DNA of 64,000 nucleotides, taken from assembly GCF_009914755.1 (NCBI RefSeq), contig NC_060925.1; one strand, given 5' to 3'. The notes beneath the pieces are model-generated. The model was not told where the DNA came from. It searched no databases and saw nothing but the letters and a program-made list of their open reading frames with translations. This DNA is from the human T2T-CHM13v2.0 reference genome, Homo sapiens. The position numbers and the translations under genes were made by a program. Every line of letters starts with the position of its first letter. The first letter of the stretch is position 1. This document shows positions 1 through 15,096 of this stretch, in pieces.

Positions 1-429
1 AGAAGCTTAATCTTGCAATATTAATGACTACATTGTTTACTCCTCTGGTATTACCTGGTAAGTTGTCTGGGATGTCTTTGGATATCTCTTCCTTTAATTA
101 TATTTCTCTGTGTTAGTTTTCAACAAGACAATCAATGAGTTTTCTACTCTTATTTTTCAATATCTTCTCCTTGAGCTAGTCTTTCTTCCCTCAACATTTT
201 TGAAAGTTTATTCAGATTAAATTGTGTCTCCTTAGAATTCTTTTGACCATTGTTCATCTTTCTTTCACACTGTAAAATTGTCTTCCTTCTTTAATGTTCT
301 CTTGCCTGAATCTACTCTTTCATTTTTTAATTGACTTTTTAATTCCTGAATTTCAGATTATCCTTTTTATGCCTCTTTGTTTAGTCTCTTATGTCAAACG
401 GAACCATCTCTCTTAACATTACTGAAACA

Positions 430-748
430 GGACAGGCATGGTGGCTTATGCCTGTAATCCTAGCAATTTGGGAGGCTGAGGCAGGAAAATTGCTTTAAGC
501 CAGGAGTTTGAAACCAGCCTGGGCAACATAGTGAAACCCCACCTCTACAAAAAAAAAATTAAAAAATGAAAATTAGCTGAGAGTGGTGGTGCACACCTGT
601 AGATCTAGCTACTTGGGAGGCTGAGGTGGGAAGATATCCTGTGTCCAGGAGTTGGAAGGCTGCAGTGAGCTATGATTACACCACCGTACTCTAGCCTGGG
701 TGACAAAGGGAGACCTTGTCTCTAAAAGAAACAAACAACAACAAAATG
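430..748 (+). mobile_element. Alu (AluJ-like)
   Basis: Alu dimer with TSD AACATTACTGAAA (415-427 and 749-761). Confidence 0.9.
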
Positions 749-1097
749 AACATTACTGAAATGTCCCAGAATCTCTTATCCTACTTCTAAACTCTAACCT
801 TTCTCTTTCCTCTCAGTCGTTGGTTATCACAGCAGTGTCTTTTGTCACCTTTTAAATGTGTCTAAAACTAATTTCCTAATTTTCCTTTCATAATCAAGTG
901 ACTTAATGGCCTTGCAACCTTTTTTCTATCCACTCTCTCCAGCTATTGTGCTATTGAACACACCTTGTCCTCCAGCAAGGATAGAATAATTGGATCACAG
1001 ACATGAAAGAGTTCTTTTCCTCAGGCAAATCCAATCTATTTTAAAGCCAATATTAAATAAATCTTTGAACCTTCTCTGCAAATAAAGAGCCTTCTCT

Positions 1098-1822
<725 letters not shown>

Positions 1823-1842
1823 AAATAAAACATGCATATCCC

Positions 1843-1985
1843 TATATATATTGCTACATAATATATATTAGAAATATATATACACACAAATATATATTAT
1901 ACATTTATATATTGTATACAATATATAAATATTTATATGCAAATATATATTGTAATATATATTATACATATAATATATATAATAA
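1843..1985. repeat. Degenerate (AT)n low-complexity tract
   Basis: TA-dinucleotide-rich run. Confidence 0.85.
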
Positions 1986-3365
1986 AGCAGTTACTCAAAT
2001 TTGGGTCCCTGTCAGCATTCTATGAAGGAAAAGCTGCTGCAGCCATTTGTATATTTAAGAGCAGCATTCTAAGAGGGAAGAAGTGGAGGAAGATCTCCTG
2101 ATTTGTTTTCTTATTTTGCATGAAAAGCAGACTCCCTTGCCACAACCTTCCTAATTTAGCTCCTAACCTATCGCCCTCACCTCTCCCTGTTCCCCTAGTG
2201 CTCATCACTTCCTATAACCATGTCCAAACTGAGGCAACAACAACAGCAACAAAAAAGGAAATCCAACTAGCTTGCTAACTAGCTGCTAGTGCATCAATAG
2301 TTGTTTGACACAGGACAAGTCACTTGAAATGTTCCTCATCTATAAAAACCTAGACCTAAACAGTAGATTTGGGATGTTTTCAACTTCAAAGTTAAGAAAT
2401 TTTCCTCAAACGAACTTGTACACAGAAACCTCCAGTACAAAATAGACACAGTAGAAGTTCTTTGGTGAAGAACAGAGAACCCCATGTTCCTGACAGCCTG
2501 GGCTGCCTCACCAACACCTCACAGGCTGTCCCTGCCAGGGAACTCCTGGGTTCCTCTGAGAGTATTCCACAGAAACTACCGGACCAGACAAAAATGGATG
2601 CCAGTTTTAATATTCTGCATTTCTATAAAAATAGTGAAGCTTGGAAATAATAACACACAAACATTTAAAGACATAATTCACTTTTTGGAATAGAATTCCC
2701 AGCAAGTTATTTCTAAACTAGGTCCACACTTCAGAGTTGTTTCATCTGTAGTTCTGACTGGTTCTGAGTCATTCAGCATCAGCACCTAATATTCTTGTTT
2801 TCTACTGCTGTGTTTCTCCCTCTCTTCTCCTTTTCTTTCAATAAACTTCATTGCTCAATGCTCACTCTGTGCCGTACACTGTGCCAGATGCTTTTATATC
2901 ATGTAAGTTTCTCTCAAGTACTATAGTTCATTTGATCTTAAAGAGGAAATTATACTTGATTTTAGATGCAAGAGGAAAACTGCTTAATTAAATGAACACT
3001 GTGTCCCATCTTTTAATAAAATAAAATAAAATAATCTAATATTTGCAGAAGAACAATAAGAATAATTATTTCCCAAAGCATATGCTTGTTCAGTGTGGAT
3101 GAAAAGAACATCATGGTCATGCTTTGTAATAGAGTTTCAATGTCCTTTGCCTTAGGAGTGAATTTAAGGAATATCTAAAGTATCATTCTCACCATCTCTG
3201 CCTTCTCTTATATAATAGGATAAAAATCACTGTCTTGAGTTGTTTAACAAATTATCCATGTATTAAGGAACTGCCAGACTCTGAATGAGGTGAGGTGATG
3301 CAAAGGCTAATAATACATAGTCAAGACACAAATATCTAATTATTGTGAAGCATCATGAATATAAT

Positions 3366-3467
3366 AATAGTGATATGGACAAACCTACTAGGGACACACA
3401 ATAGTGATATGGACAAACCTAATAGGGACACACAATAGTGATATGGACAAACCTACTAGGGACAAAC
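3366..3467. repeat. 34-bp tandem repeat, 3 copies
   Basis: Unit AATAGTGATATGGACAAACCTA(C/A)TAGGGACACAC starting at 3366, 3400 and 3434. Confidence 0.95.
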
Positions 3468-3798
3468 AAAGGAGGCGGCAATTTTTTTTGTCTTAGAGAA
3501 AGAAAGACCCAGGAACAATTCACAGAGGACATAACATTGGAGTCTACAAAGATGGGTGATACTTCACCAGCATGGTCTTGGCAACGGGAACAGTGGCTCA
3601 AAGGCACAGAGCTAGAAAGAACAAGGCCCAAGGTCAAAGCACAGGGTATGTGGCATGTAGCCACAGACAATGAGGAAAAAATGTTATGGGTGAATTGTAA
3701 GGTATCTTACCGTATTCTAGCCTACAGACAATAAGGAAGATTTTTAACCAAGCAAAAGGCATAATCAGATCTGTTTTTTAGAAAGATTACTCTGTCTG

Positions 3799-3930
3799 GG
3801 CCGGGCGGGGTGGCTCACACCTGTAATCCGAGAACTTTGGGAAGCCGAGGCAGGTGGATCACAAGGTCAGGAGTTCGAGACCAGCATGACCAACATGGTG
3901 AAACCTTTCTCTACTAAAAAAAAAAAAAAA
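3799..3930 (+). mobile_element. Alu left monomer with poly(A) and TSD
   Basis: Left arm only; AAGATTACTCTGTCTG on both sides. Confidence 0.9.
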
Positions 3931-4080
3931 AGGAAGATTACTCTGTCTGCATTATGAAGAATGGCTGAATTTGAGGGTGGAAAAAGTGGAATTGGAGTAG
4001 GGGTTAATTCAATAGTCTCAATATGAGATATTTCAGAACTGAAACATATGGATTCTAGTGACATATTAAAGCTATGCAGA

Positions 4081-4199
4081 GCATGGTGTGGTGGCTCATG
4101 CCTGTAATCCCAGCACTTTGGGAAGCCAAGGTGGGCGGATGACTTGAGCCCAGGAGTTTGAGACCAGCCTAGCCAACATGATGAAACCCCATCTCTACA

Positions 4200-4233
<34 letters not shown>

Positions 4234-4403
4234 TTAACCAGGTATGGCGGTGCTTGCCTGTGATCCCAGCTACTCAGGAGGCTGAGACGGGAGAGGGTTG
4301 CCTGAATCTGGGAGGTGGAGGTTCCACTGAGCCAAGATCACGCCACTGCACTCTAGCCTGGGTGACAGACTGAGACCCTGCCTCAAAAAAAAAAAAAAAA
4401 AAA
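4081..4403 (+). mobile_element. AluJ-like element with internal (CA)n
   Basis: Alu dimer whose middle A-rich linker is replaced by (CA)n at ~4203-4231. Confidence 0.9.
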
Positions 4404-4570
4404 AGCCTATAGTACTATAGTATGTTTAAACTGAGACATGCAGAAGACCCTGTTCATACCTTATTGGATATGTCTTAACACAAGCAAGCAATACCCAAAG
4501 AAGTGAGTCATGGGAAGGAGCCATTCCCTGGTACTAGCAACAGAGCTGGTCTTCGTACAGACCACATGAG

Positions 4571-4869
<299 letters not shown>

Positions 4870-5014
4870 TGGTCAGAGTTTGGCAAACTGAACCAAGATG
4901 CATGAAAGAAACATGTTACAGAACTAAGACACCTTAAAATTCCTCCTCATTAGAGCAGAATTAACCTGGGAATCTGCAGTTGGGAAGTCAGTTAGTATTT
5001 GCTGGGGCTCAGAT

Positions 5015-5547
5015 ACTTGAGATAGGAGTTAGGCAGGACTTGTTTCTCAAGACACAGGTCACAAAGACCCCACTGCTTGAATAGGATGTGGTAAAGAGGC
5101 CAGCCAAAACCAGCCAGAATCAAGACGGTGAAGAAAGCACCTCTGGTCGTCTTCACTGCTCATTATATGCTCATTATCATGCATCAGCATGCTAAAAAAC
5201 ACTCTGACCAGTGCCATGACAGTTTACAAATGCCATGGCAACATCCAGAAGTTACCCTATATGGTCTAAAAAGAGGAGGAACCTTAGTTCCAGGAATTCT
5301 CTGCCCCTTTCCCAGAAAACTATGACTAATCCACCCCTGTAGCATATGATCAAAAATAACCATAAAAATAGCCAACCAGCAGCCCTCAGAGGTACCCTGC
5401 CTATGAGTAGCCAACATTTTATTCCTTTACTTTTTAATAAACTTGATTACACTTTACTCTGTTGGCTCAATCTTTTTTCCTGTGTGAAGCCAAGAACCCA
5501 TGCGGCCTCCTGGGCTGAGCCCCAATTTTGGGGTTCACCCTGTGACA
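5015..5547 (+). mobile_element. MER41-family ERV1 solo LTR (may start at ~4914)
   Basis: MER41 hallmark strings GACAGTTTACAAATGCCATGGCAAC and GAAGTTACCCTATATGGTCTAAAAAG; AATAAA; ends TGTGACA. Confidence 0.8.
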
Positions 5548-5549
5548 AA

Positions 5550-6025
5550 CTTACACCCCAAAATATGGCACTTTGAAGCCTCAAGGTGTCTCTAACCTTC
5601 CCCCTGCCTCCAAAGCACAGTATGACAGCTGAAGTTCCTTTACACCCCTAAGATCCAGACCCACCAAAAGGAACAGTAGTTTTTTTCTTCTCCTCTCTGT
5701 AAGACCAAGAACATAACCACACTTGAACAGACCCTTTCACAAGATTAATCTACAAGTTACAAGTTAATCTCTGTTCCCTGATCCATTCATTCTTCCTACT
5801 AATCCCCTTAACAGAATCACTCTTCTCTCCTGCCCACCATAACCTCTTTTTCCAAGATTCTATATAAGCTTCTGAACCCACTGCAGGGTGGGCAATCACT
5901 CTGTGTTTCTCCCGTGAGCACATTAATCAAATGTGTACATGTTTTCTCCAATTAATCTGCATTTTGTGAGTCGATTTCTCAAAGAAAGTTCAGAGGATGA
6001 AGGGGAGGTTTCCCTTGGACCCTAC
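5550..6025 (+). mobile_element. ERV1 LTR, MER34/MER39-like
   Basis: Starts CACCCCAAAATATGGCACTTTG and ends TTTCCCTTGGACCCTACA. Confidence 0.6.
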
Positions 6026-6048
6026 ATATTAATGGGGGAGGGAAGTGA

Positions 6049-7016
<968 letters not shown>

Positions 7017-7218
7017 AAACAGAATGCAATTATCTATAAACAACAAATCATGTAAGTAAGGACCTGGACACAAATGTTTCAAGCCACATTTCTAAATGGC
7101 TTACTGGTTCAAAATATGGTTGATATAATTATGCAAGTAAATGGAATGATAGAAAAATATATTTTATCCTAAAATGCATCATAACATTAGACAACAGCAC
7201 AATAAAAAGTCAATGTAG

Positions 7219-7328
7219 GGCCGGGCGTGGTAGCTCACGCCTGTAATCTCATCACTTTGGGAGACTGAGGCAGGCAGATCCTTTGAGGTCAGGAGTTCAG
7301 AGCGAGACACCGTCTCAAAAAAAAAAAA
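7219..7328 (+). mobile_element. Internally deleted Alu
   Basis: First ~80 nt joined to the last ~20 nt plus tail; TSD AAAAAGTCA(A/C)TGTAG. Confidence 0.85.
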
Positions 7329-8040
7329 GTCACTGTAGTCCTCATTTTGCAGAACAAGGTCTAATTAAAGCTCACCAAAGACACATGGGCATATTATGTA
7401 TTACTATTCTCCCCTTTTGTAGAAAAGGAAGCAGATGCACAGAAATTATATGACATCTTAAAGACTATAACAGTCTCCAGCTGTCTTACCTAATATTCTG
7501 TCTAATACCTAAAAGAATAGATGCCTGGAACTACTTTCTTTGCTCCTGCCTCTTTTTTTTTATCCCTCTCTCACTTCTATTGAATAGAGAAAGCAGTAAC
7601 TTGAGTTTTCTAATAGTCAAGTCATCTGCTAAAATGATGTTACAGTTCAAAGAGTTACCAAATTAATTGGATTTTGATTCTACCTAAAATACTCTTAGGC
7701 GACCAATCTCCTGGTCAAAGAGGAAACAAGTAAGTGGGCTCCAAGACTATGACTCAGGTAGTTAAGTGACATCATAACAAAGAATCAGCATATTATTCAA
7801 ATAAGACATACCAATAGTTATTCCTGAGTTTATTGGTTATGGGCTTATTGACCTTATGAAGAAATACAACAAAATCATTCATTTGTGAGATGCATCCAAA
7901 ACACACTAGATGATTAAATAAGAAGACTATAGTTGTGTCTATGTGCTGAAAAAAATACCAGATCCCAAAATGACAAATTTTTGGTTAACTCCCTTCACAA
8001 AGGGATCAACTACCAGGTGAACTTAATTTCTTAATTAAAA

Positions 8041-8169
8041 AAAAATTTTGGTAGAGATGGGGTCTCACTCTGTTGACCACACTGATATCAAACTCCTGGT
8101 TTCAAGTGGTGCTCCCACTGTGGCTTCTGAAAGTGTTAGGATTATAAGCATGAGCCACTGAGCCTGGCC
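8041..8169 (-). mobile_element. FLAM/Alu monomer
   Basis: Diverged antisense left monomer. Confidence 0.75.
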
Positions 8170-8749
8170 TACTCAATTGTTTTGTATATGAAAACATGTT
8201 TTTTCTAAAAGTGGAAAACTGAACTATAAGCCATTTGATTTCTGAATACATCAACCACCCTAAAAAAAGACCCAGAATTTTTTGTAAGCTTAGTATTAAG
8301 AAATGATGGTGTTTATTAGCATGAATAATAAATTTCACAAAAGTAGTGATCAAAAGCTAAATCTAAAGAACAGACTATTATTTGAATTAGCTTTAACAGA
8401 AAAGTAGGGTTTAGACATGGCATAAGAATAAAAATTCGTGCAAATGTGGAGAGTATAATTGGTGATGTATAAAATGCACTGAAAGAAGAAATGATAGGAA
8501 ATAAGGAAGACTGGCTAGGGAGTCACTTTAATTCTCCCAGACCTGATGGAGTCCAACAGGAGGAGCCTGTAATAAGGTGATGGGATGAGATAGAGAGAAG
8601 TCAGATATGAAAGGTGGTGGAGGTAAAATTGACAAGAATCAAAATCTAAATGGATTTAGAAGTTAAGAGAAAGGAAAATACTAAAGATGATTAAAAATTT
8701 TAGGATTAAAAGAGGAAATCATATTATATATTGTTTGGGCTCAGGAAAG

Positions 8750-9561
8750 TGTTGCAGACAAACAGGTTCTTCTTGCTTGCTGCACAGTAAAGCCAATACA
8801 TTGAGACAGCAGTGTTACCACAGAGAAAGTGTTTAATTATCTCAAAGCAGTTGAGCAGAAGGAAGAGAAATATTTCACAAATCCATCTCCCCAGGAACTC
8901 AGAGTCTAGGGTTTTTAAGGATAATTTGGTGGACAAGGGGCTAGGGAATGGGTGCTGCTGATTGGTTGGAGATGAACTCATAAGGATATCAAAAGTGTCT
9001 TCACGTGCTGAGTCAGTTTCTGAGTGGGGGGGTCACAGTTTGAGTTGAGTCAGTTCTTTGGTGTGGGTCACAGGTACAAGTGGCATCATTTGGTCTGCAA
9101 GAATGCAAAAGTCATAAAAATATCTCAAATGTCAGTCTTAGGTTTTGGAATAATGATGCCATCTATAGGAACAACTGGGGAAATTACAAATCTTTTGACC
9201 TCCAGCTACATGACTTCTGAGCAGTGAGCAATAACACAAAAGCAAGTTAGGGAACAATGTTTGGTTACCACTCAACTATGCCTACATCTTAAAATAATTC
9301 ATGCCCCTTTCATAATTCTAACCTTGTGGCCTTTCCTTAGCTTTATAAAGGCAGTTTGGTCCCCAAACAAGGAGGTTAGTTTCAGGAAGGGACTATTATC
9401 ATCCTTGCTTTAAGGTTAAACTATAAACTCAATTGCTCCCATAGTTAGCTTGGCCTATGCCCAGGAATGAGCAGAGATAGTTAGCTTGTGATACTAGAAA
9501 CAAGATAGAGTCGGCTATGTTAAATTTTCCTCACTGTTATAATTTTGCAAAGGCAATTTCA
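8750..9561 (-). mobile_element. LTR8-family (LTR8A/B-like) ERV1 solo LTR
   Basis: TG...CA ends; minus strand begins TGAAATTGCCTTTGCAAAATTAT; 4-bp TSD AAAG. Confidence 0.8.
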
Positions 9562-9937
9562 AAAGTCCTCAGAGTTCATCTAGTACAATCTAGTATTACC
9601 AAGATGAAATTTGAATTCCAGAGAGTTTAGGTGATTGATGCAGGGTCACACAGCCATTAGTGACAGAGTTGGACTATAACTTTTGACTTTCAATGTTCAT
9701 ATAACTTATCAAATATTTGAGAAGTTATCAAGAGAGATAATCAAGCTAAGGGAAATCACATTTAATAACAAAAATAAAGAGGAAGATAACAACAACAATA
9801 ATAAAGGATTTCATTTAGTGTACGTTTACCACAAACGAAGCAGTATACCAACTCTATATACATATGTTTATCTCTGTAACTATCCTATGATGTAGGCACT
9901 ATTGTCATCCTGGATAAGAAAACTGATTCTTACCAAG

Positions 9938-10336
9938 TGTATTAGTTTTTTCTCACATTGTTATAAAGAAATGCCCGAGTCTGGCTAATTTATGAAAAAA
10001 AGAGGCTTAACTGGCTCACGGTTCTGCAGGCTGTACAGGATGCATGACTGGGGAGGCCATAGGAAACTTTCAGTTATGGCAGAAGGTAAGGGTGAAGAAG
10101 GCTCCCCTTACATGGCCGGAGCAGGAGGAAAAGTCAGGGGGCGGAGGTACCACACACTTTTAAACAACCAGATCTTTCGAGAACTCACCCATTATCCTGA
10201 CCAAGGGAGATGGTGTTAAACCATTCCTGAGAACTCTGCCCCCATGATCCAATCACCTCCCACCAGGCCTCACCTCCAACACTGGGGATTATAATTTGGC
10301 ATGAAATTTGGTCGGACACAGATCTAAACCGTATCA
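9938..10336 (-). mobile_element. MST-family MaLR solo LTR inserted in a MIR
   Basis: TGTATTAG...AAACCGTATCA; 5-bp TSD CCAAG/CCGAG. Confidence 0.85.
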
Positions 10337-11520
10337 CCGAGATTATATCACTTTCCTAAAATTACAGACCTGATAAAAGGCAGGTCTTGGTTCAAACCTA
10401 GACAATTGAGACTACAGAGTGTGCATTTTTACCCATTTTCTGTCTTACTGACTCTGAAGGACCACTGGGACATTCCAGTAGAGACATCCAACAAGTCGTT
10501 ATACAGTTGATACCATGTTTTGGATGGAGGTCAAGGCTGAAGACACAGATAAAGGCCAATGTTGAAGCTATAGAAACACATGAGACTACAAAAGTAAAGA
10601 CTGTAAGAAAAAAACGAGAAGGAAAAGAAAAGGAGCTGGCAGCATATTCTTCAAATGGGATTGCCTTATAGAGCAAGAGGACAGAGAATCCGAGGAAGAA
10701 TAGTCACAAAGATGGGGGGAAAAGAAACAAATACAGTAAGGGAGACCTTAAATTTCTACTTGTCAGTTTGTTGCTATTGTTGCTGTTGTTGTTTTAATTT
10801 TTCTTACTTTTTGAACACCTCTAAGCAGATGTGAGAATAAAAGTAAACAGAGAATCTTGGCCTGGCACAGAAACGTTTTCAGTTTGAGATGGCTTGTTTA
10901 TCCAGAGGTTGCATCTCTGCCATTTCTCATTGAGATCAATTCTCAGATCTCAATTTTTGACCTGATCTTTAGATTCCAATTTCCCCCTAACCTTTGGGGT
11001 CAGCTTTACCTGATCTTGTATTGTCTCTTCAGCTACAACCCATGAGACCCTTCAGCTCAGAATGATCTATTCAGTCTTGATCTTTGATGTCACCTGTCAA
11101 AGTTTGTTTAATTTTAAGAAACAGCAACCACCTGAAGCTAGCTTAAGTAAAGGTAATGTCCTTTTATTAAGGAATGTCCCATTACCCAAGGCCAGGAAAA
11201 GTAACCAGACCACAAAAAGGGCTGGATACAGAAAAATGACACAAAGTCAGTCTCTCACTCATCACATGGTAAACCACCCCTTATTGATTTTGTGAACCTG
11301 CTTTATACTTTTTTTTCTCTATTGACCAGTTTTCATTGCTTGGACATCAAACTTGCTGTCCACAAATAGCCATTTAGGTACCCCAGTTTTAATATCCTTG
11401 TAACTTCAGGAACGGCCATGAACAAATACATTTTTTTGTGTCTCTAATTTCAAACTCTCACATGAGAAAATCTGATGGTCTCAACTTGGTTTAACTATTC
11501 ACTCCAATCTTCAGCTGTGA

Positions 11521-11852
<332 letters not shown>

Positions 11853-12229
11853 TAAAAAAAAGTGGCCACCAAGGCCCACACTTTGTATAGGGCTGCTAAG
11901 AAATTTCCAGAGAAAAGGGTTTGACCGTGGCCCCTAGATAACTAATATCTTCTTCTGTCCCTCCGGTTTACTGAACTTAAAGCCTAGTTGTTGCTTACAA
12001 TTTAGGGTTGAAAAGAAAAAAGATCAGGGTATGATGGAATAATCAAAGAAATCCTCATAGAGGAGAAAAGACATAAGCCTGGTGTTTAGGCTAAGTGAAA
12101 TTTGTAGAGACAAACGTATGTAAAAGAGAAAAATAACTTAAGGAAAGGCATAAGATGAGAATGTGTATAATATTTGTAAGGGGTTCAGGAGTGACCAAGC
12201 TAATGAAAGAAGAGGGATTTTTCAAAAGG

Positions 12230-14035
12230 TCAACTTTTTCGTCTATTGGCAACCTCCCTCTCTCTGCTGGATCTTTGACATCAGCATTTAACATGTTCAA
12301 ATCTCTCTTGTTTAATAATAAGAAGAAATAATAAAGCACAAACAGAACCTGGATCAACTTTCTGCCCCAAACCCTAAAGTTGATAGCTACAAATAATCTC
12401 TTACTTCCGTCATAGCCCAACATCTCAAAATAATTTTCTATATTCAATAGCACCATCTTCTCCAATTTATTTGTGTTTTTGTTTTTCTAACCATTCTAGT
12501 CTGACTCCTGTCTTCACCACGCTATGAAAAGTGCTCTCATTATACTCACTAATAATTTCTGTCACTAAATCTAATGGAAATTTTTCAGCCTCTGTCTTAT
12601 TTGACCTATCAGCAACATTTAACTGCGTTGACCAAATTATCTTTCTCAAAACTCTTTCTTTCCATGTCTCATCAAACAGTCCACTCTCTGAGAATTATTC
12701 TTCCTTTCTGGCCCTTCTCCAGTGAACTTTAACATCTTGGTTTCCCAAGTCCCAGTAATCATTTCCTCTTCTCACTAAGTACACTCTCAGCAGTCTCATC
12801 TGCATGGTTATCACTTACTCATTGATGATCCGAACTCCAGCCTGGACCACTCCTTTCAGCTCACTACTTATACATTCAACCTCCTCTCGACATCTCCCTT
12901 TACATATCTCAGTGTCAGTAATGTGCTGAAGCCAGCTTACCTTGGCGCCTGGGATCCCACTGCACGAATCTCTTCACACCTTCATGTTCAGCACCATCAC
13001 ACTGGTAGGTTGAAATCTGCCATGATGAGAATATTTACATCATGGAAACTGACAAATGCTACCCATTGAGCTTTTTATTTTTTTCTTATTGGAAAGCCTG
13101 TTGTTAACAATTTACAAAACAACACTGCTAAGTTTCCACAATTTAATAGTTCCAAACTGAATTTAAACCGTTCCTTTTTCACTCAACTTGGTTTTCTTGC
13201 AATGAATCCTAACTTTGTAAATATCGCCACCAAACGTCCAGTTAATAGTTGAGCTTACAACCTCCTTCTATCTTACTCCTATCGCCAATGCCTTTTCAGT
13301 TTCACAACATAAATATTTCTCAATTTAAAAAATTGATATCTGTCTATATTGCTATTATCAGTCTAATAAATTCACCGAAACTAATAGACTAGTAAATAGT
13401 TTTCCTATATCCAAACTCTCAGCTCTCCAGGCCTTCTCTACACGATAGCCAGTGTTTTTAAAAACACAGTTCTGATCATGTCGCTCTCTTTCATGTTTTC
13501 TCATTGTTTTTAGATAAAGATCAAACTCCTTACCATGGCCTTGAGTCCTTATTTGGCTCACCTTTGCCTTCCTTTCCCAATCTTACATTCCTCTGCCCTT
13601 CCCTCCACACTCTAGCAACACTTACCCTCTTTCACTTCATTAAATTCACTGCTTCTGCCATGTCATGGCCCACGCACATGCTATTTCTTCTACCTAGAAG
13701 AGGCTTTTCTCCCTTGCTTGTTGTCTAATTAACTTCTATTTATCCTTCAAACCTCAGCTCAACATTCCTTCTCTAAGGCAGGTCTTGATTCACCCCTCAG
13801 ATTAGGTCTGACATTTAAGTTACATATTCACAGAGCAACACATATCCCCGTCTCCCTACTTTCCACAATTGTTAATTTTTTTGAAAAATCATAGAATTAT
13901 TTGTTTAATGTCTGTTTCTTCCACCATGTACCCTTAAGGGCAGATACTGGGTCTATCTTGTTCAACATTGTATTGTCAGTAGCAAGCACAGTGACTTACA
14001 CACATAGTAGATGCTCAATAAATATTCAGTGAATA
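12230..14035 (+). mobile_element. Degenerate L2 LINE
   Basis: Pyrimidine-rich L2-like body ending in the typical L2 3' end CACATAGTAGATGCTCAATAAATATTCAGTGAAT. Confidence 0.65.
12916..13127. mobile_element. hAT MITE (MER63-like) nested in L2
   Basis: Termini CAGTAATGTG.../...CAACACTG; degenerate 8-bp TSD CTCAGTGT/CTAAGTTT. Confidence 0.6.
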
Positions 14036-14769
14036 CATACACTTTCAATATATGAAGACTATCTTTTTGCTCTTCTTCTCACTTATAGAGAATAATCCAA
14101 TGAGTTTCCCCAAGCCAGATTTTGAGATAAGCATAAGCCACAGGGATGGTTTCAGTGCAGCTGTTTCCTACATCTAAAATACAGACAGGATAGTACTAGA
14201 GATAGAGGCACTGTAACTGCCTATGGACCCAGAAGAACATAATGGAGTTGATTATTCAATTAGCAGTATATTTGACAACCTATGTGCCAGAAATACCATT
14301 AAACTCCTGGGCCAAAAACATGGTCACATTATATAACAGAAATGAATAATAATCCCACACTACATGAATCACATCCAAATAAGTGGAAATGCACCTATTT
14401 CTTCCTTCCGCAAGACTCCCAGAAAGAACTCACTCAAAATGGAGTGTCATGGGGCATTTCTAGAAAAAATATTCCATCTTCCAATCTAGATATGTATTCT
14501 GTATAACCATACCTGTAGGAACTTCCTGTCAATATAAAACCAAGAGAGGTTCTGGAAGGATTTGACAAGTCTGAGCTGTCTGAGTACTTTTGTGCTGAAA
14601 AGGGACAGCACCCATCCTGAATGTTGATATTTCGCTTCAGAATTAGCTAGAATCAGATCTATCACATCATTGTCAATAATTCTGGATGTATAACGAAATG
14701 ATACTAACACTGATAACAACAGTTCTAACAACTTCTATTTCTCACGCTTCACAGACAAGGACCATTCTA

Positions 14770-15096
<327 letters not shown>

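Noticed and set aside
3366-3467. CRISPR-like repeat length (34 bp)
   Set aside because: Units are contiguous with no unique spacers, there are no cas genes, and the context is eukaryotic.
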